A stretch of DNA of 32,000 nucleotides, from the NCBI GenBank assembly GCA_010202845.1, contig CP047921.1, forward strand, positions 90,001 through 122,000. The letters are read 5' to 3'. Of this stretch, positions 16,421-25,048 are shown in pieces (positions within the stretch are counted from its first letter, which is position 1; every line of letters starts with the position of its first letter). Both the position numbers and the translations under genes were made by a program. The DNA is from Candidatus Saccharibacteria bacterium oral taxon 488 (GTDB lineage: Bacteria > Patescibacteriota > Saccharimonadia > Saccharimonadales > Saccharimonadaceae). The notes under the pieces are model-generated. The model saw only the letters and a program-made list of their open reading frames with translations, made no database searches and was not told the DNA's origin.

Positions 16421-17491
16421 ATGAATAATCAAGAATTACGCATCGAAATTTTACTCGAAGAGGTGGTCAAGAAGCGAGCCTCAGACCTCCACATTCAAGT
16501 GGGCCTGCCACCGATGCTGCGCATTGACGGAACATTGGTCGCAGCAACGGGCACACAGCCGCTTGATGAGGCGACCGTGGAGCGGCTGGTATTTCAGATT
16601 CTTGATGAGGATCAGCGGCAAATTTTGCTCAAAGATAAGGAATTTGATTTTTCGTTTGCATTCGGTACACTGGGGCGATTCCGGGTGAATGCCTTTCATG
16701 AGAGGGGTAATTTGGCGGCGGCGCTGCGCTTAATTCCAAACGAGATCAAGACTGCGCAGGAGCTGGGCATGCCGCCGATTGTCAATACATTTGCTGATTT
16801 TCCACGCGGTTTGGTGCTGGTGACTGGGCCGACTGGCTCTGGCAAGTCGACAACTTTGGCGGCGCTGGTTGATAAGATCAACGCCGAAAAGTCGCAGCAC
16901 ATCATTACTATCGAAGACCCGATTGAGTTCACGCACAAGTCAAAAAAATCGGTGGTAGTGCAGCGCGAGGTTCATTATGACACCTATTCGTTCTCAGCGG
17001 CGCTGCGTTCTAGCCTGCGCCAAGACCCAGACGTGGTGCTGATCGGCGAGATGCGCGACCTCGAGACAATCTCGGCGGCGATTACCATTGCCGAGACCGG
17101 GCACTTGGTGTTTGCGACGCTACACACCAACTCGGCGGCACAGTCGATTGACCGTATGATTGACGTCTTTCCGCCGCATCAACAGCCGCAAATTCGTGCG
17201 CAGCTCAGCAATATTCTGATGGCAATTTGTTCGCAGCGGCTGGTGCCGTCTATCGGTGGCGGTCGGGTGGTGGCGGCCGAGATCATGATTGCTAATCCAG
17301 CGGTGCGTAATATTATTCGCGAGGGCAAGAGCCATCAGCTGGATGCTGTCATTCAGACGGGTGCTGATCAGGGTATGCAGACGATGGATCGAACGCTAGT
17401 GAATCTGGTACAGAACGGTACGATTACGTATGATAGTGCCCGTGAGTTTGCGGTTGATCTAGCGGAGTTTGAGCGGCTTATTCGAGGATAG
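16421..17491 (+). CDS. pilT: type IV pilus retraction ATPase PilT
   Basis: 356 aa. ASDLHI, GPTGSGKSTT, VVLIGEMRD, LVFATLHTNSAAQ, and AIRNLIREGK-like NIIREGKSHQ. Confidence 0.93.
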   Translation: MNNQELRIEILLEEVVKKRASDLHIQVGLPPMLRIDGTLVAATGTQPLDEATVERLVFQILDEDQRQILLKDKEFDFSFAFGTLGRFRVNAFHERGNLAAALRLIPNEIKTAQELGMPPIVNTFADFPRGLVLVTGPTGSGKSTTLAALVDKINAEKSQHIITIEDPIEFTHKSKKSVVVQREVHYDTYSFSAALRSSLRQDPDVVLIGEMRDLETISAAITIAETGHLVFATLHTNSAAQSIDRMIDVFPPHQQPQIRAQLSNILMAICSQRLVPSIGGGRVVAAEIMIANPAVRNIIREGKSHQLDAVIQTGADQGMQTMDRTLVNLVQNGTITYDSAREFAVDLAEFERLIRG

Positions 17492-17494
17492 TGC

Positions 17495-18706
17495 ATGAAA
17501 AAATATCATTATGAGGCCAGGGATTCAGCCACGCAAAAGATTACCAAGTCGGTTGTGCAGGCTGAGAGCGAGGTTGCCGCGGCGAAATTGCTGAGCGCTC
17601 AGGGCTTCGTGCCGCTGAAAATTGAGCTTCAAGATGAGCGTGAGGGCTTCTTTCAGCGATTGTCAAATAAAATATCGTCCAAGGACAAGATCGTCTTTAC
17701 GCGGCAGCTAGCGACGTTGATTGGTGCGGGGTTGCCGCTGGCGCAGAGCATGCATACCGTACTGGAGCAGACGCAAAACAAGCGGATGCAGAGTATCATT
17801 CAGGAGATAATTTCCGATATTGAGGGCGGTCGGCAACTGTCAAGTGCGTTCGAGAAGCATCCAGAAGTATTTGACAATGTATACGTGGCGTTGGTGGCGG
17901 CCGGTGAGGCGTCAGGAACCCTAGATGAAGCGCTCAAGCGCATCGCATCACAGCAGGAAAAAGACGCAGCAATGATTGGTAAAGTACGCGGTGCTATGGT
18001 CTATCCAGCAATTGTGCTGTTGGTAATTATCGCGGTGGTGGTGTTCATGCTCGTGATGGTAGTGCCGCAGGTCGAAGGACTGTATGGCAGCTTACACAAA
18101 GAGCTACCGTTCACAACGAAGGCCATGGTCAGCGTCGCTGGTTTTTTGGCGCAGTTTTGGTGGGCGTTGGTGATTTTACTTGGCATCGGTTTATATTTCT
18201 TTCAGCAGTATCTCAAAACCAAGGCTGGTATTCGTGCTAAAGATACGTTCAAGCTGAACATACCAGTGTTTGACGCCATGTTCCGCAAGCTGTACATGGC
18301 TCGCTTTACCCGCACCGGTCAAACACTTCTTAATAGCGGGGTGGCGATGCTGGACATGTTGCGCATCACTGCTCGGGCGGTCAATAATTCAGTTATCCGT
18401 CAAGGCATTGAGCATGCTAGCGAGAAGGTGAAGGGCGGCAAGGCGCTGTCGGTGTCCTTAAAAAATGAGGATTATATCTTGCCGATGGTGCCGCAGATGA
18501 TCAAGATCGGTGAACAGTCGGGTAAGATTGATGAGATGATGGGCAAGTGCGCGCAGATTTACGAAGATGAGCTAGATGAGGAGATCAAGGCGATCACGAC
18601 AACGATTGAACCAGTGCTGATGGTGGTCTTGGCGGTCGTGGCCGGCGTGATGGTGGGTGCGATAATCTTTCCAATTTATAATCTGGTCGGAGATATTAGC
18701 CTCTAG
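17495..18706 (+). CDS. pilC: type IV pilus platform protein PilC (GspF family)
   Basis: 403 aa with two GspF repeats (FTRQLATLIGAGLPL... and FTRTGQTLLNSGVAMLD...) and three TM segments. Confidence 0.92.
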   Translation: MKKYHYEARDSATQKITKSVVQAESEVAAAKLLSAQGFVPLKIELQDEREGFFQRLSNKISSKDKIVFTRQLATLIGAGLPLAQSMHTVLEQTQNKRMQSIIQEIISDIEGGRQLSSAFEKHPEVFDNVYVALVAAGEASGTLDEALKRIASQQEKDAAMIGKVRGAMVYPAIVLLVIIAVVVFMLVMVVPQVEGLYGSLHKELPFTTKAMVSVAGFLAQFWWALVILLGIGLYFFQQYLKTKAGIRAKDTFKLNIPVFDAMFRKLYMARFTRTGQTLLNSGVAMLDMLRITARAVNNSVIRQGIEHASEKVKGGKALSVSLKNEDYILPMVPQMIKIGEQSGKIDEMMGKCAQIYEDELDEEIKAITTTIEPVLMVVLAVVAGVMVGAIIFPIYNLVGDISL

Positions 18707-18771
18707 ACAATCCATAAGCAGTACGGTACAATAACGAAAGAAAGTTAAGTCACAGAAAGGTGGGCAACTTC

Positions 18772-19245
18772 ATGGCTCAGCAAAAAGCAAATCGAGGGTT
18801 TACAATTATTGAAGTCGTGTTGGTGCTGGCGATCGCCGGACTGATATTTTTGATGGTATTCTTGGCATGGCCGGCCTTGCAGCGCAGCCAGCGCGACACA
18901 CAACGACGCAGTGACGTGACTCGGTTCGTCTCGCAGGTGAATAGTTATGCAACAAATAACAAGGGAAGCATCCCGAAAACCGATACGGGATCGATCAATA
19001 GCTTCCTCGATTCGTATATGAAGCGTGGCAACGGTGAATTTAAGGACCCACAGACCGGCAACAATTACAGCGTTGTAACTGGTGTCGCTCAGCAGGGTTC
19101 GGCAACGACCGAGAAGATGGTCTATGCCACGAGCGCTCAATGTGATGGCGAAAATATTGTCGCCAAAAGTGGTTCGCCGCGCTCGTTCGCCGTCAAGGTG
19201 CAGCTAGAAGGAAGCGGTGCGTTTTGTAAAGACAATCAAAACTAA
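18772..19245 (+). CDS. pilA: type IV major pilin (prepilin)
   Basis: SD AAAGGTGGG lies 7 nt upstream of ATG 18772. Class III signal MAQQKANRG/FTIIEVVLVLAIAGL with Glu at +5, and a C-terminal Cys pair (C..C). A strong terminator follows, as expected for a highly expressed major subunit. Confidence 0.88.
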   Translation: MAQQKANRGFTIIEVVLVLAIAGLIFLMVFLAWPALQRSQRDTQRRSDVTRFVSQVNSYATNNKGSIPKTDTGSINSFLDSYMKRGNGEFKDPQTGNNYSVVTGVAQQGSATTEKMVYATSAQCDGENIVAKSGSPRSFAVKVQLEGSGAFCKDNQN

Positions 19246-19265
19246 GTCAGCAGTGATATGATTGA

Positions 19266-19296
19266 CAGCCTCCTACTATTAGGGGGCTGCTTTTTT
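19266..19296 (+). terminator. rho-independent terminator or attenuator after the major pilin gene
   Basis: cagcctcc (19266-19273) pairs with gggggctg (19282-19289) with one G-U pair, followed by cTTTTTTc. Confidence 0.7.
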
Positions 19297-19322
19297 CATG
19301 ATTTCTTGTTACCATTAACAGT

Positions 19323-20189
19323 ATGATGGTAGTGACAATACTGGTGGGTGTGGCAATTCTTGGCGCAGTGATGGGGAGCTTTATCGGTGCTCAGGTGTGG
19401 CGAGTCCGTGCTCGGCAGCTCGTTGAAGACAAGCAGGCCGGCGAACCGGTTGATACGCTGGAGCTACGCCGCCTGAAGCCGCTCCTCAAGCCTCTCAAGA
19501 AAGATCGATCGCAGTGTCTTTCTTGTGGGCACGAGCTACGCTGGTATGATTTGCTGCCGGTAGTGAGCTGGCTGGCTGCTAGAGGTCGCTGTCGGTATTG
19601 CCAGGCACCGATTGGCTGGATGGAACTGGGGCTCGAAGTGGCGATGGCCGGGCTGTTTACAGTGGTGACGTGGCATGGCATGATGACGTTTACGGCGCCA
19701 CTAGTAACAACGAAGGTCGCGATTATGCTGATGGGGCTATCATATCTAGCGTTCCTGTTCGTGTATGACAAGCGGTGGTTTTTGCTTCCGGACGTGGCGA
19801 ATTGGCCGTTCGTGATATTGGGAGCACTATTTGCTGGGATTCATGTGGCGACTGGTCAGCTACCGGGCGGAGTGCCTGGACTGATGGCAGCGGTCGTCAT
19901 TCTCAGTGGCGTGTACGCATTGCTCTACGTCGTGTCGAGTGGTCGCTGGATAGGATTTGGTGATGTCAAGCTGACGCTCGGTCTCGCGCTCTTTTTAATG
20001 GATTGGCGGCTAGCATTTCTCGCACTCTTTTTAGCAAATTTACTCGGCACGCTACTGGTACTGCCGGGGATGCTTCGGGGCACAGTGCAGCGTGGAGCGC
20101 GAATCCCATTCGGGCCGTTATTGATCGTCGGCTTTCTTATTTCGTGGTTTTTTGGTGCCAGGATCGTGGATTGGCTTATCGTGATTTGA
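19323..20189 (+). CDS. pilD: prepilin peptidase / N-methyltransferase PilD (peptidase A24)
   Basis: Cys motifs CLSCGHEL...CRYCQ in the N-terminal domain, catalytic Asp motifs (VYDKRWFLLPD and GFGDVKL), and a polytopic membrane topology. Confidence 0.92.
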   Translation: MMVVTILVGVAILGAVMGSFIGAQVWRVRARQLVEDKQAGEPVDTLELRRLKPLLKPLKKDRSQCLSCGHELRWYDLLPVVSWLAARGRCRYCQAPIGWMELGLEVAMAGLFTVVTWHGMMTFTAPLVTTKVAIMLMGLSYLAFLFVYDKRWFLLPDVANWPFVILGALFAGIHVATGQLPGGVPGLMAAVVILSGVYALLYVVSSGRWIGFGDVKLTLGLALFLMDWRLAFLALFLANLLGTLLVLPGMLRGTVQRGARIPFGPLLIVGFLISWFFGARIVDWLIVI

Positions 20190-20198
20190 TAGTGCTTA

Positions 20199-20207
20199 TG
20201 CTATAAT
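20199..20207 (+). promoter_or_regulatory. extended -10 promoter element (TGcTATAAT) ahead of the minor-pilin genes
   Basis: TG at 20199-20200 and TATAAT at 20202-20207. ATG 20217 follows after 9 nt with no SD. Confidence 0.45.
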
Positions 20208-20216
20208 AATGAACAT

Positions 20217-20954
20217 ATGAAGCGGTGGCAATCCGGGTTTACAATCGTTGAAGTGGTGTTGTTCTTGGCGATCACTGGCCTATTGACCGTTGGCTTGTTA
20301 GTTGGCGTGAGTGCTGCACTGCGCCAACAACAATATCATGACGCTGTTCAATCGTTCGCCGGTTTTATTCGTGATCAGTATAGCCGAGTGATTAGTATCG
20401 AGAATGATCGGGGCGATCGCGACACGTGTCCTGTTAAGGGTGCAACAAACGACGGAGCTCGGGGCCAGTCGAATTGCGTTGTCGTTGGTCGCTATGTCAA
20501 GTCGACGAATTCCGAGGCACGTTCATTTACCGCCTATCCGCTGTACGCCCTGAAGCGCTCGGGAGTGTGGACGTATAGTTACAGTGAGAGTGAGGCAAAT
20601 ACCTATACGGTTGGCTGGGGTGCGCAGGTACGCTCGCTCACGGCAACTAATACCATTGGTAGAGAACTGGCTCTATTAATATACCGCGATCCAGATAGCG
20701 GGCAGGTTATCGTACGCACGAATGACGCGCCGTATTCACCAGCTAATATTAATAATTTTATTCGCAATATGCAGCCGAATGGCGGTATGTATACGGCCGA
20801 TTTACAGCTGCGGCAGCGAGAGTTTTGTATCTATGATACTGGCTGGTCAGTTGGCCAGAGACTGTCAGTCTTTTTGGGAGCAAAGGCTGGCTCGAGCGAG
20901 GCAGTGACGGTCGGTCATGCGACAAAGGGGTGCGATAATGAAGCGACGGCATAG
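20217..20954 (+). CDS. minor pilin / pseudopilin (245 aa)
   Basis: Class III signal MKRWQSG/FTIVEVVLFLAITGL with Glu at +5. Confidence 0.8.
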   Translation: MKRWQSGFTIVEVVLFLAITGLLTVGLLVGVSAALRQQQYHDAVQSFAGFIRDQYSRVISIENDRGDRDTCPVKGATNDGARGQSNCVVVGRYVKSTNSEARSFTAYPLYALKRSGVWTYSYSESEANTYTVGWGAQVRSLTATNTIGRELALLIYRDPDSGQVIVRTNDAPYSPANINNFIRNMQPNGGMYTADLQLRQREFCIYDTGWSVGQRLSVFLGAKAGSSEAVTVGHATKGCDNEATA

Positions 20955-21498
20955 CGCGCGCGGCGACACGATCATTGAAGTGGTAATGGCGGTAGCAATG
21001 TTTAGCATGCTGGCGATCGGTATCATGGCACTCATGAACAGTGGTATTGCTATGGCGCAGCGATCATTAGAGTTGACGCTTGTGCGGCAACAGATTGATA
21101 GTCAAGCAGAAATGCTGCGCTACATTCACGACAAGTCGTCTCAGGCCGGCAGCTCATTTGCTACCCTCTGGGACGCGATGAAAGGTCGGACCATTGACCA
21201 CGCTAATTCGCTATTGAATGTTAATCGATGTCCAGAGGCAATGCCGAGTGGGGGATTTGCACTAGCGCCCAGCAAAAACACCTTTCAGTTGATTACTAAT
21301 AAGTATGAATTATCGCCGACATATGCCAAGATTTCAACTGCCCGAAATCCAATTTCTTTAGGTATTTCAATTCAGCTGGTGCGTGTTGAAGGCGGCCGCG
21401 CCTATGATGCGTATATTCAGGCCTGCTGGATGAGTGTGGGGACTGACCGGCCAATGACCACGGGGACGATTGTGAGGATGTATGACACAGCGGTATAG
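20938..21498 (+). CDS. minor pilin-like protein (186 aa) with an atypical +1 residue
   Basis: MKRRHSARG/DTIIEVVMAVAMFSML has a pilin-like hydrophobic helix with Glu at +5, but Asp rather than Phe/Met at +1. Overlaps the previous gene by 17 nt. Confidence 0.7.
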   Translation: MKRRHSARGDTIIEVVMAVAMFSMLAIGIMALMNSGIAMAQRSLELTLVRQQIDSQAEMLRYIHDKSSQAGSSFATLWDAMKGRTIDHANSLLNVNRCPEAMPSGGFALAPSKNTFQLITNKYELSPTYAKISTARNPISLGISIQLVRVEGGRAYDAYIQACWMSVGTDRPMTTGTIVRMYDTAV

Positions 21499-22216
21499 AC
21501 GATACGGGTTTACCTTGATTGAACTGATGCTGGCGATGGCATTTGTGTCGGTGTTGCTGCTGGCGATTGCTACGATAGCGATCCAGGCCGGCAAGCTGTA
21601 TAATCGAGGTCTCACGCTCAAAAGTATCAATCAGTCCGGCCGCGAAATTAGCGATAGCTTGCGGCGCGACTTTTTGCAGGCTAATGCCGGCAAGATAAGT
21701 GGTAATGCTAATTCGGCCGTTGTCATGGTGCAGGCGGGGGGTGCCGATCGGAGTGGCCGACTCTGTCTAGGTGACTATTCATATGTTTGGAATGTGCCAA
21801 AAGTTGTCTCTGGAGAAGTGAAGGCCGGTGCGGGTATTATTACCGAAGTTGGCGGGCCGCATTCTGGTCGTCCGATTAATTTTGCTCGAGTGATTGACCC
21901 AGATGGCATGCTGTGCCAAAAAAATGAAACAACGGGGGCGTATATGTCAACGGTCGCGACGGATAAAGTGACGCATCTTCTCAAGCCAGCCGGGTCGAAT
22001 GATGTGGTGCTGGCAATTCATCAAATGAAGGCAGCGCGAGTGGTGGGTGATAGCGGGGCAGACAGTCTGTATCGTTTGGAATTTGTCCTTGGAACCAGTC
22101 AGCTTGAGGCGGTCAATACAGCTAACGGTACCTGTAAGCCACCGGCGGATAACAGTGAGAATCTCGACTTTTGCGCAATAAATAGCTTTGAGATGATTGT
22201 GAGGACAAATGGATAA
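21482..22216 (+). CDS. minor pilin / pseudopilin (244 aa)
   Basis: Class III signal MTQRYRRYG/FTLIELMLAMAFVSVLL with Glu at +5. Overlaps the previous gene by 17 nt. Confidence 0.8.
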   Translation: MTQRYRRYGFTLIELMLAMAFVSVLLLAIATIAIQAGKLYNRGLTLKSINQSGREISDSLRRDFLQANAGKISGNANSAVVMVQAGGADRSGRLCLGDYSYVWNVPKVVSGEVKAGAGIITEVGGPHSGRPINFARVIDPDGMLCQKNETTGAYMSTVATDKVTHLLKPAGSNDVVLAIHQMKAARVVGDSGADSLYRLEFVLGTSQLEAVNTANGTCKPPADNSENLDFCAINSFEMIVRTNG

Positions 22217-23363
22217 AATAGCGAGAAATAATCAATTAGGCGCGGTGTCGTTATTTGCAGTGATTTTTGCGACACTGTTACTAACGGTTTTGATGCTCGG
22301 CTTCATGCGGCTCATAATGGTTGATCAGCGACAAGCCCTGAATAATGAGCTGTCACAAAGTGCGTACGATGCGGCCCTGTCCGGTGTTGAAGACGCCAAG
22401 CGAGTCGTGCGTGCCTGTCAAAAAGGAGATAACGGTGGCAAGGCCTGTGAGCAGTTACGATTGCCTAATGATTGCAAAGTAGTCGCACGTGCGGGCGTTG
22501 CCGGTAGTGTAGCCGCTAACGAGACACTGATTCAATCGCGTCGCTCAGGGGACGGTAAAGAGTTCAACCAAGCCTATACCTGTGTCAATATTACGATGGA
22601 TACGGAAGATTTCCTGGTTAGCATACCCGAAGGATCATCTCGTCTCGTACCACTGAAAGCCAAAGCTGAATTTAATAAAATTGTCCTCGAGTGGTTTACT
22701 AAAGAGGATGCGAATGGCAATGTGGCCGCTGGGCGAGTAAAAAATGCTGCCTCGGCGTCAACCTCGCTGCCAGCGTACAGTGACTGGGATGAGTCGCCGT
22801 CCCGTCCCGCACCCGCGCTACTACGCACTCAGATGATTTTTCCGGGTGATACATTCGACCTTGCTAGTCTCGATAGCTCTCGCGTTGCGACGATGTTCCT
22901 CTATCCACGGACGCTGAGTGTCCCCGGGCCGACGAACGGAGGTGTATCGGCAATTAATCTACCGCGAGCGGGCGGTGGTGGGCAATTTAACAATGCTCCG
23001 ACACCGGTGAGCTGTTCTCTAGATTTTGCGAACAGTGGCTATTCGTGCCGAGCCACAATTGATATATCGCCTGTTACGGCCGCCGCCAGCGTTAATTCAT
23101 TCTTGCGTTTGACGCCGCTATATCGCATGTCACACGTGCGAATTGCCCTATATAATGGTGCAGAACCGGTCAAGTTTGATGGTGTTCAGCCGGCGGTCGA
23201 TGCGACTGGTCGTGCCAGTAATGTGTTTCGACGGGTTGAGGCGCGTCTCCAGATAGGTGACGATTTCCCGTATCCTGAAAATGCTATTGACCTTGAGAAC
23301 AGCCTCTGTAAAGACTTTTCGGTGACCGAAGGCAGCGTAACGCCGGGTAACTGTCGGCCGTAG
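22209..23363 (+). CDS. PilX-like large minor pilin / pilus-tip component (384 aa)
   Basis: The N-terminus NNQLGAVSLFAVIFATLLLTVLMLGF lacks Glu at +5, as in PilX_N/GspK-type subunits. It is the last gene of the pilin block and overlaps the previous gene by 8 nt. Confidence 0.65.
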   Translation: MDKIARNNQLGAVSLFAVIFATLLLTVLMLGFMRLIMVDQRQALNNELSQSAYDAALSGVEDAKRVVRACQKGDNGGKACEQLRLPNDCKVVARAGVAGSVAANETLIQSRRSGDGKEFNQAYTCVNITMDTEDFLVSIPEGSSRLVPLKAKAEFNKIVLEWFTKEDANGNVAAGRVKNAASASTSLPAYSDWDESPSRPAPALLRTQMIFPGDTFDLASLDSSRVATMFLYPRTLSVPGPTNGGVSAINLPRAGGGGQFNNAPTPVSCSLDFANSGYSCRATIDISPVTAAASVNSFLRLTPLYRMSHVRIALYNGAEPVKFDGVQPAVDATGRASNVFRRVEARLQIGDDFPYPENAIDLENSLCKDFSVTEGSVTPGNCRP

Positions 23364-23375
23364 TGTCTTAGGGGT

Positions 23376-24296
23376 CTATCTCGTATCACTGTGAAAGCGT
23401 TCGTGGACGTCTTTGAGGTGCTGGTCGGTGACGTGTGTGTAAATCTGGGTCGTGGCGATATTGCTATGACCAAGCATCGATTGTACCGCCCGTAGGTCCG
23501 CTCCATTCATCAGAAGGTCGGTGGCAAAGCTATGACGCATAGTGTGCGGGCTAACGTGCTTGGTGATGCCAGCAAGTCGGGCATAGTGCGATACCATCCG
23601 CTGGATCGAGCGAGCACTCAGCCGACGATAATCGCCGGAAACTGACGGCTTTGCTAGGCGCCTGCTATAGCTGATGAATAGAGCCGGCAAGCTGTCACTT
23701 CGCGCATCAAGGTAGTTTTTGACGTGCTCGGCAGCGGACATTGAAACGAATACCGGCCGGTCTTTCTGGCCCTTGCCGCGCACCATAAACTCGCGTCGAG
23801 TGAGATTGATGTGGTCACGGTTCAAGTTAACAAGTTCCGACACGCGCAGTCCGCTCGAAAACAAAAGCTCAATGATTGCTCGGTCGCGAAGCCCCGGCTC
23901 ATTGTTCAGCGGGATCTGCTCAATGAGTCGCACCACCTCGTCGTAGTGAAGAAATGTGACTTGTTTGCGAACGGTTTTTGGTAGGGTAATCTTGTCGGCT
24001 GCCAGTGATGAGATATCCCGTTGTGATAAATACGTCAACAATCCACGTAGGGCGATCAAGTGATAGTTTTGTGTAATTAACAACAATTCTTCACCGGTGT
24101 TGCTATTTTTATAACGGTTTAACCAGAGGCGATACTTACGAATTGTCTCTGATGTTATTTTTGCAACATCAATATCACCAGCAAAATCAATGAAGCGTTC
24201 AAGGTATAATTTGTAGTTCTCAATGGTGCGAGGACTACGGCCACCCTCAACTTCTAGGTGCTCCAGGAAATCTGCTAATGCTTCGGAGAAATACAT
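23376..24296 (-). CDS. tyrosine recombinase, XerC/XerD family
   Basis: N-terminal SAM-like core-binding domain. Catalytic motifs GLRVSELVNL, HTMRHSFATDLL and LGHSNIATTQIYTHV. Confidence 0.9.
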   Translation of the reverse strand: MYFSEALADFLEHLEVEGGRSPRTIENYKLYLERFIDFAGDIDVAKITSETIRKYRLWLNRYKNSNTGEELLLITQNYHLIALRGLLTYLSQRDISSLAADKITLPKTVRKQVTFLHYDEVVRLIEQIPLNNEPGLRDRAIIELLFSSGLRVSELVNLNRDHINLTRREFMVRGKGQKDRPVFVSMSAAEHVKNYLDARSDSLPALFISYSRRLAKPSVSGDYRRLSARSIQRMVSHYARLAGITKHVSPHTMRHSFATDLLMNGADLRAVQSMLGHSNIATTQIYTHVTDQHLKDVHERFHSDTR

Positions 24297-24379
24297 AGTT
24301 TAATTTTAACAACATCTATACCGTTTATCAAATGAATACTTTTTGCTATGATGAAGAAAATAATACACGAAGGAGGCGT

Positions 24380-24907
24380 ATGGCTGAGTCAAAAAAGAAG
24401 AATATGTGTGGCATTGAGCGAACACTGATTGTGTTCAAGCCTGATGCAGTACAGCGGGGAATCGTCGGTGAAATCTTGCAGCGATTTGAGCGCGTTGGCC
24501 TCAAGATTATCGGTGTCAAGATGGTGGCCCCGGGTCGTGAGCATTACTTTGCGCACTACGAAACGATTGGCAAGATGGTAACGCGCCGTGGTGAAGAAAT
24601 CTTTGATATGACGCTCAATATGATGATGGATGGGCCGGTTATCGCTATGGTTCTTGAAGGGGTCGAAGCGGTCGCTGTGGTGCGTAAAATTGTCGGCCCA
24701 ACTGAACCGAAATCTGCCGACATGGGTACGATTCGTGGTGACTATTCACATGTTAGCTTTGGCTATGCTAACGAATGTCGGAAGGGCGTGCCAAACCTGA
24801 TCCATGCGTCGGGTGATCCTGACGAGGCAGAGCAGGAAGTCGCTCACTGGTTTAAGCCCGAAGAATTGATGGACTATGTTACATTAAACGAAAAGTTTAC
24901 TCGATAG
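24380..24907 (+). CDS. ndk: nucleoside diphosphate kinase
   Basis: AGGAGG lies 3 nt upstream of ATG 24380. ERTLIVFKPDAVQRG, and an active-site region NLIHASGD. Confidence 0.88.
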   Translation: MAESKKKNMCGIERTLIVFKPDAVQRGIVGEILQRFERVGLKIIGVKMVAPGREHYFAHYETIGKMVTRRGEEIFDMTLNMMMDGPVIAMVLEGVEAVAVVRKIVGPTEPKSADMGTIRGDYSHVSFGYANECRKGVPNLIHASGDPDEAEQEVAHWFKPEELMDYVTLNEKFTR

Positions 24908-24921
24908 CATTCTCGTCACTC

Positions 24922-24958
24922 AAAACTACCCGTGCTATAATTGACACGGGTAGTTTTT
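24922..24958 (+). terminator. rho-independent terminator of ndk
   Basis: 13-bp stem (24922-24934 with 24945-24957), core ctacccgtg/cacgggtag, a 10-nt loop and a T5 run. The loop contains TATAAT (24936-24941). Confidence 0.8.
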
Positions 24959-24964
24959 GTGTAT

Positions 24965-25041
24965 GCCTCGGTAGCTCAACTGGATAGAGCAGATCCGTCC
25001 TAAGGATAAGGTTGCAGGTTCGACTCCTGCCCGGGGTACCA
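24965..25041 (+). tRNA. tRNA-Arg (anticodon CCU), CCA encoded
   Basis: Folded by hand into a cloverleaf. Acceptor GCCTCGG/CCGGGGT (with G-U pairs), D arm GCTC/GAGC, anticodon loop GUCCUAA, T arm GCAGG-TTCGACT-CCTGC, then A-CCA. Confidence 0.9.
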
Positions 25042-25048
25042 AAGCATT

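Noticed and set aside
23376-25041. Tyrosine recombinase near tRNA-Arg as a possible integrase/genomic-island boundary for the pilus locus.
   Set aside because: The recombinase has full XerC/XerD housekeeping signatures (GLRVSELVNL, LGHSNIATTQIYTHV). ndk lies between it and the tRNA, and I saw no direct repeat of the tRNA 3' end or phage genes.
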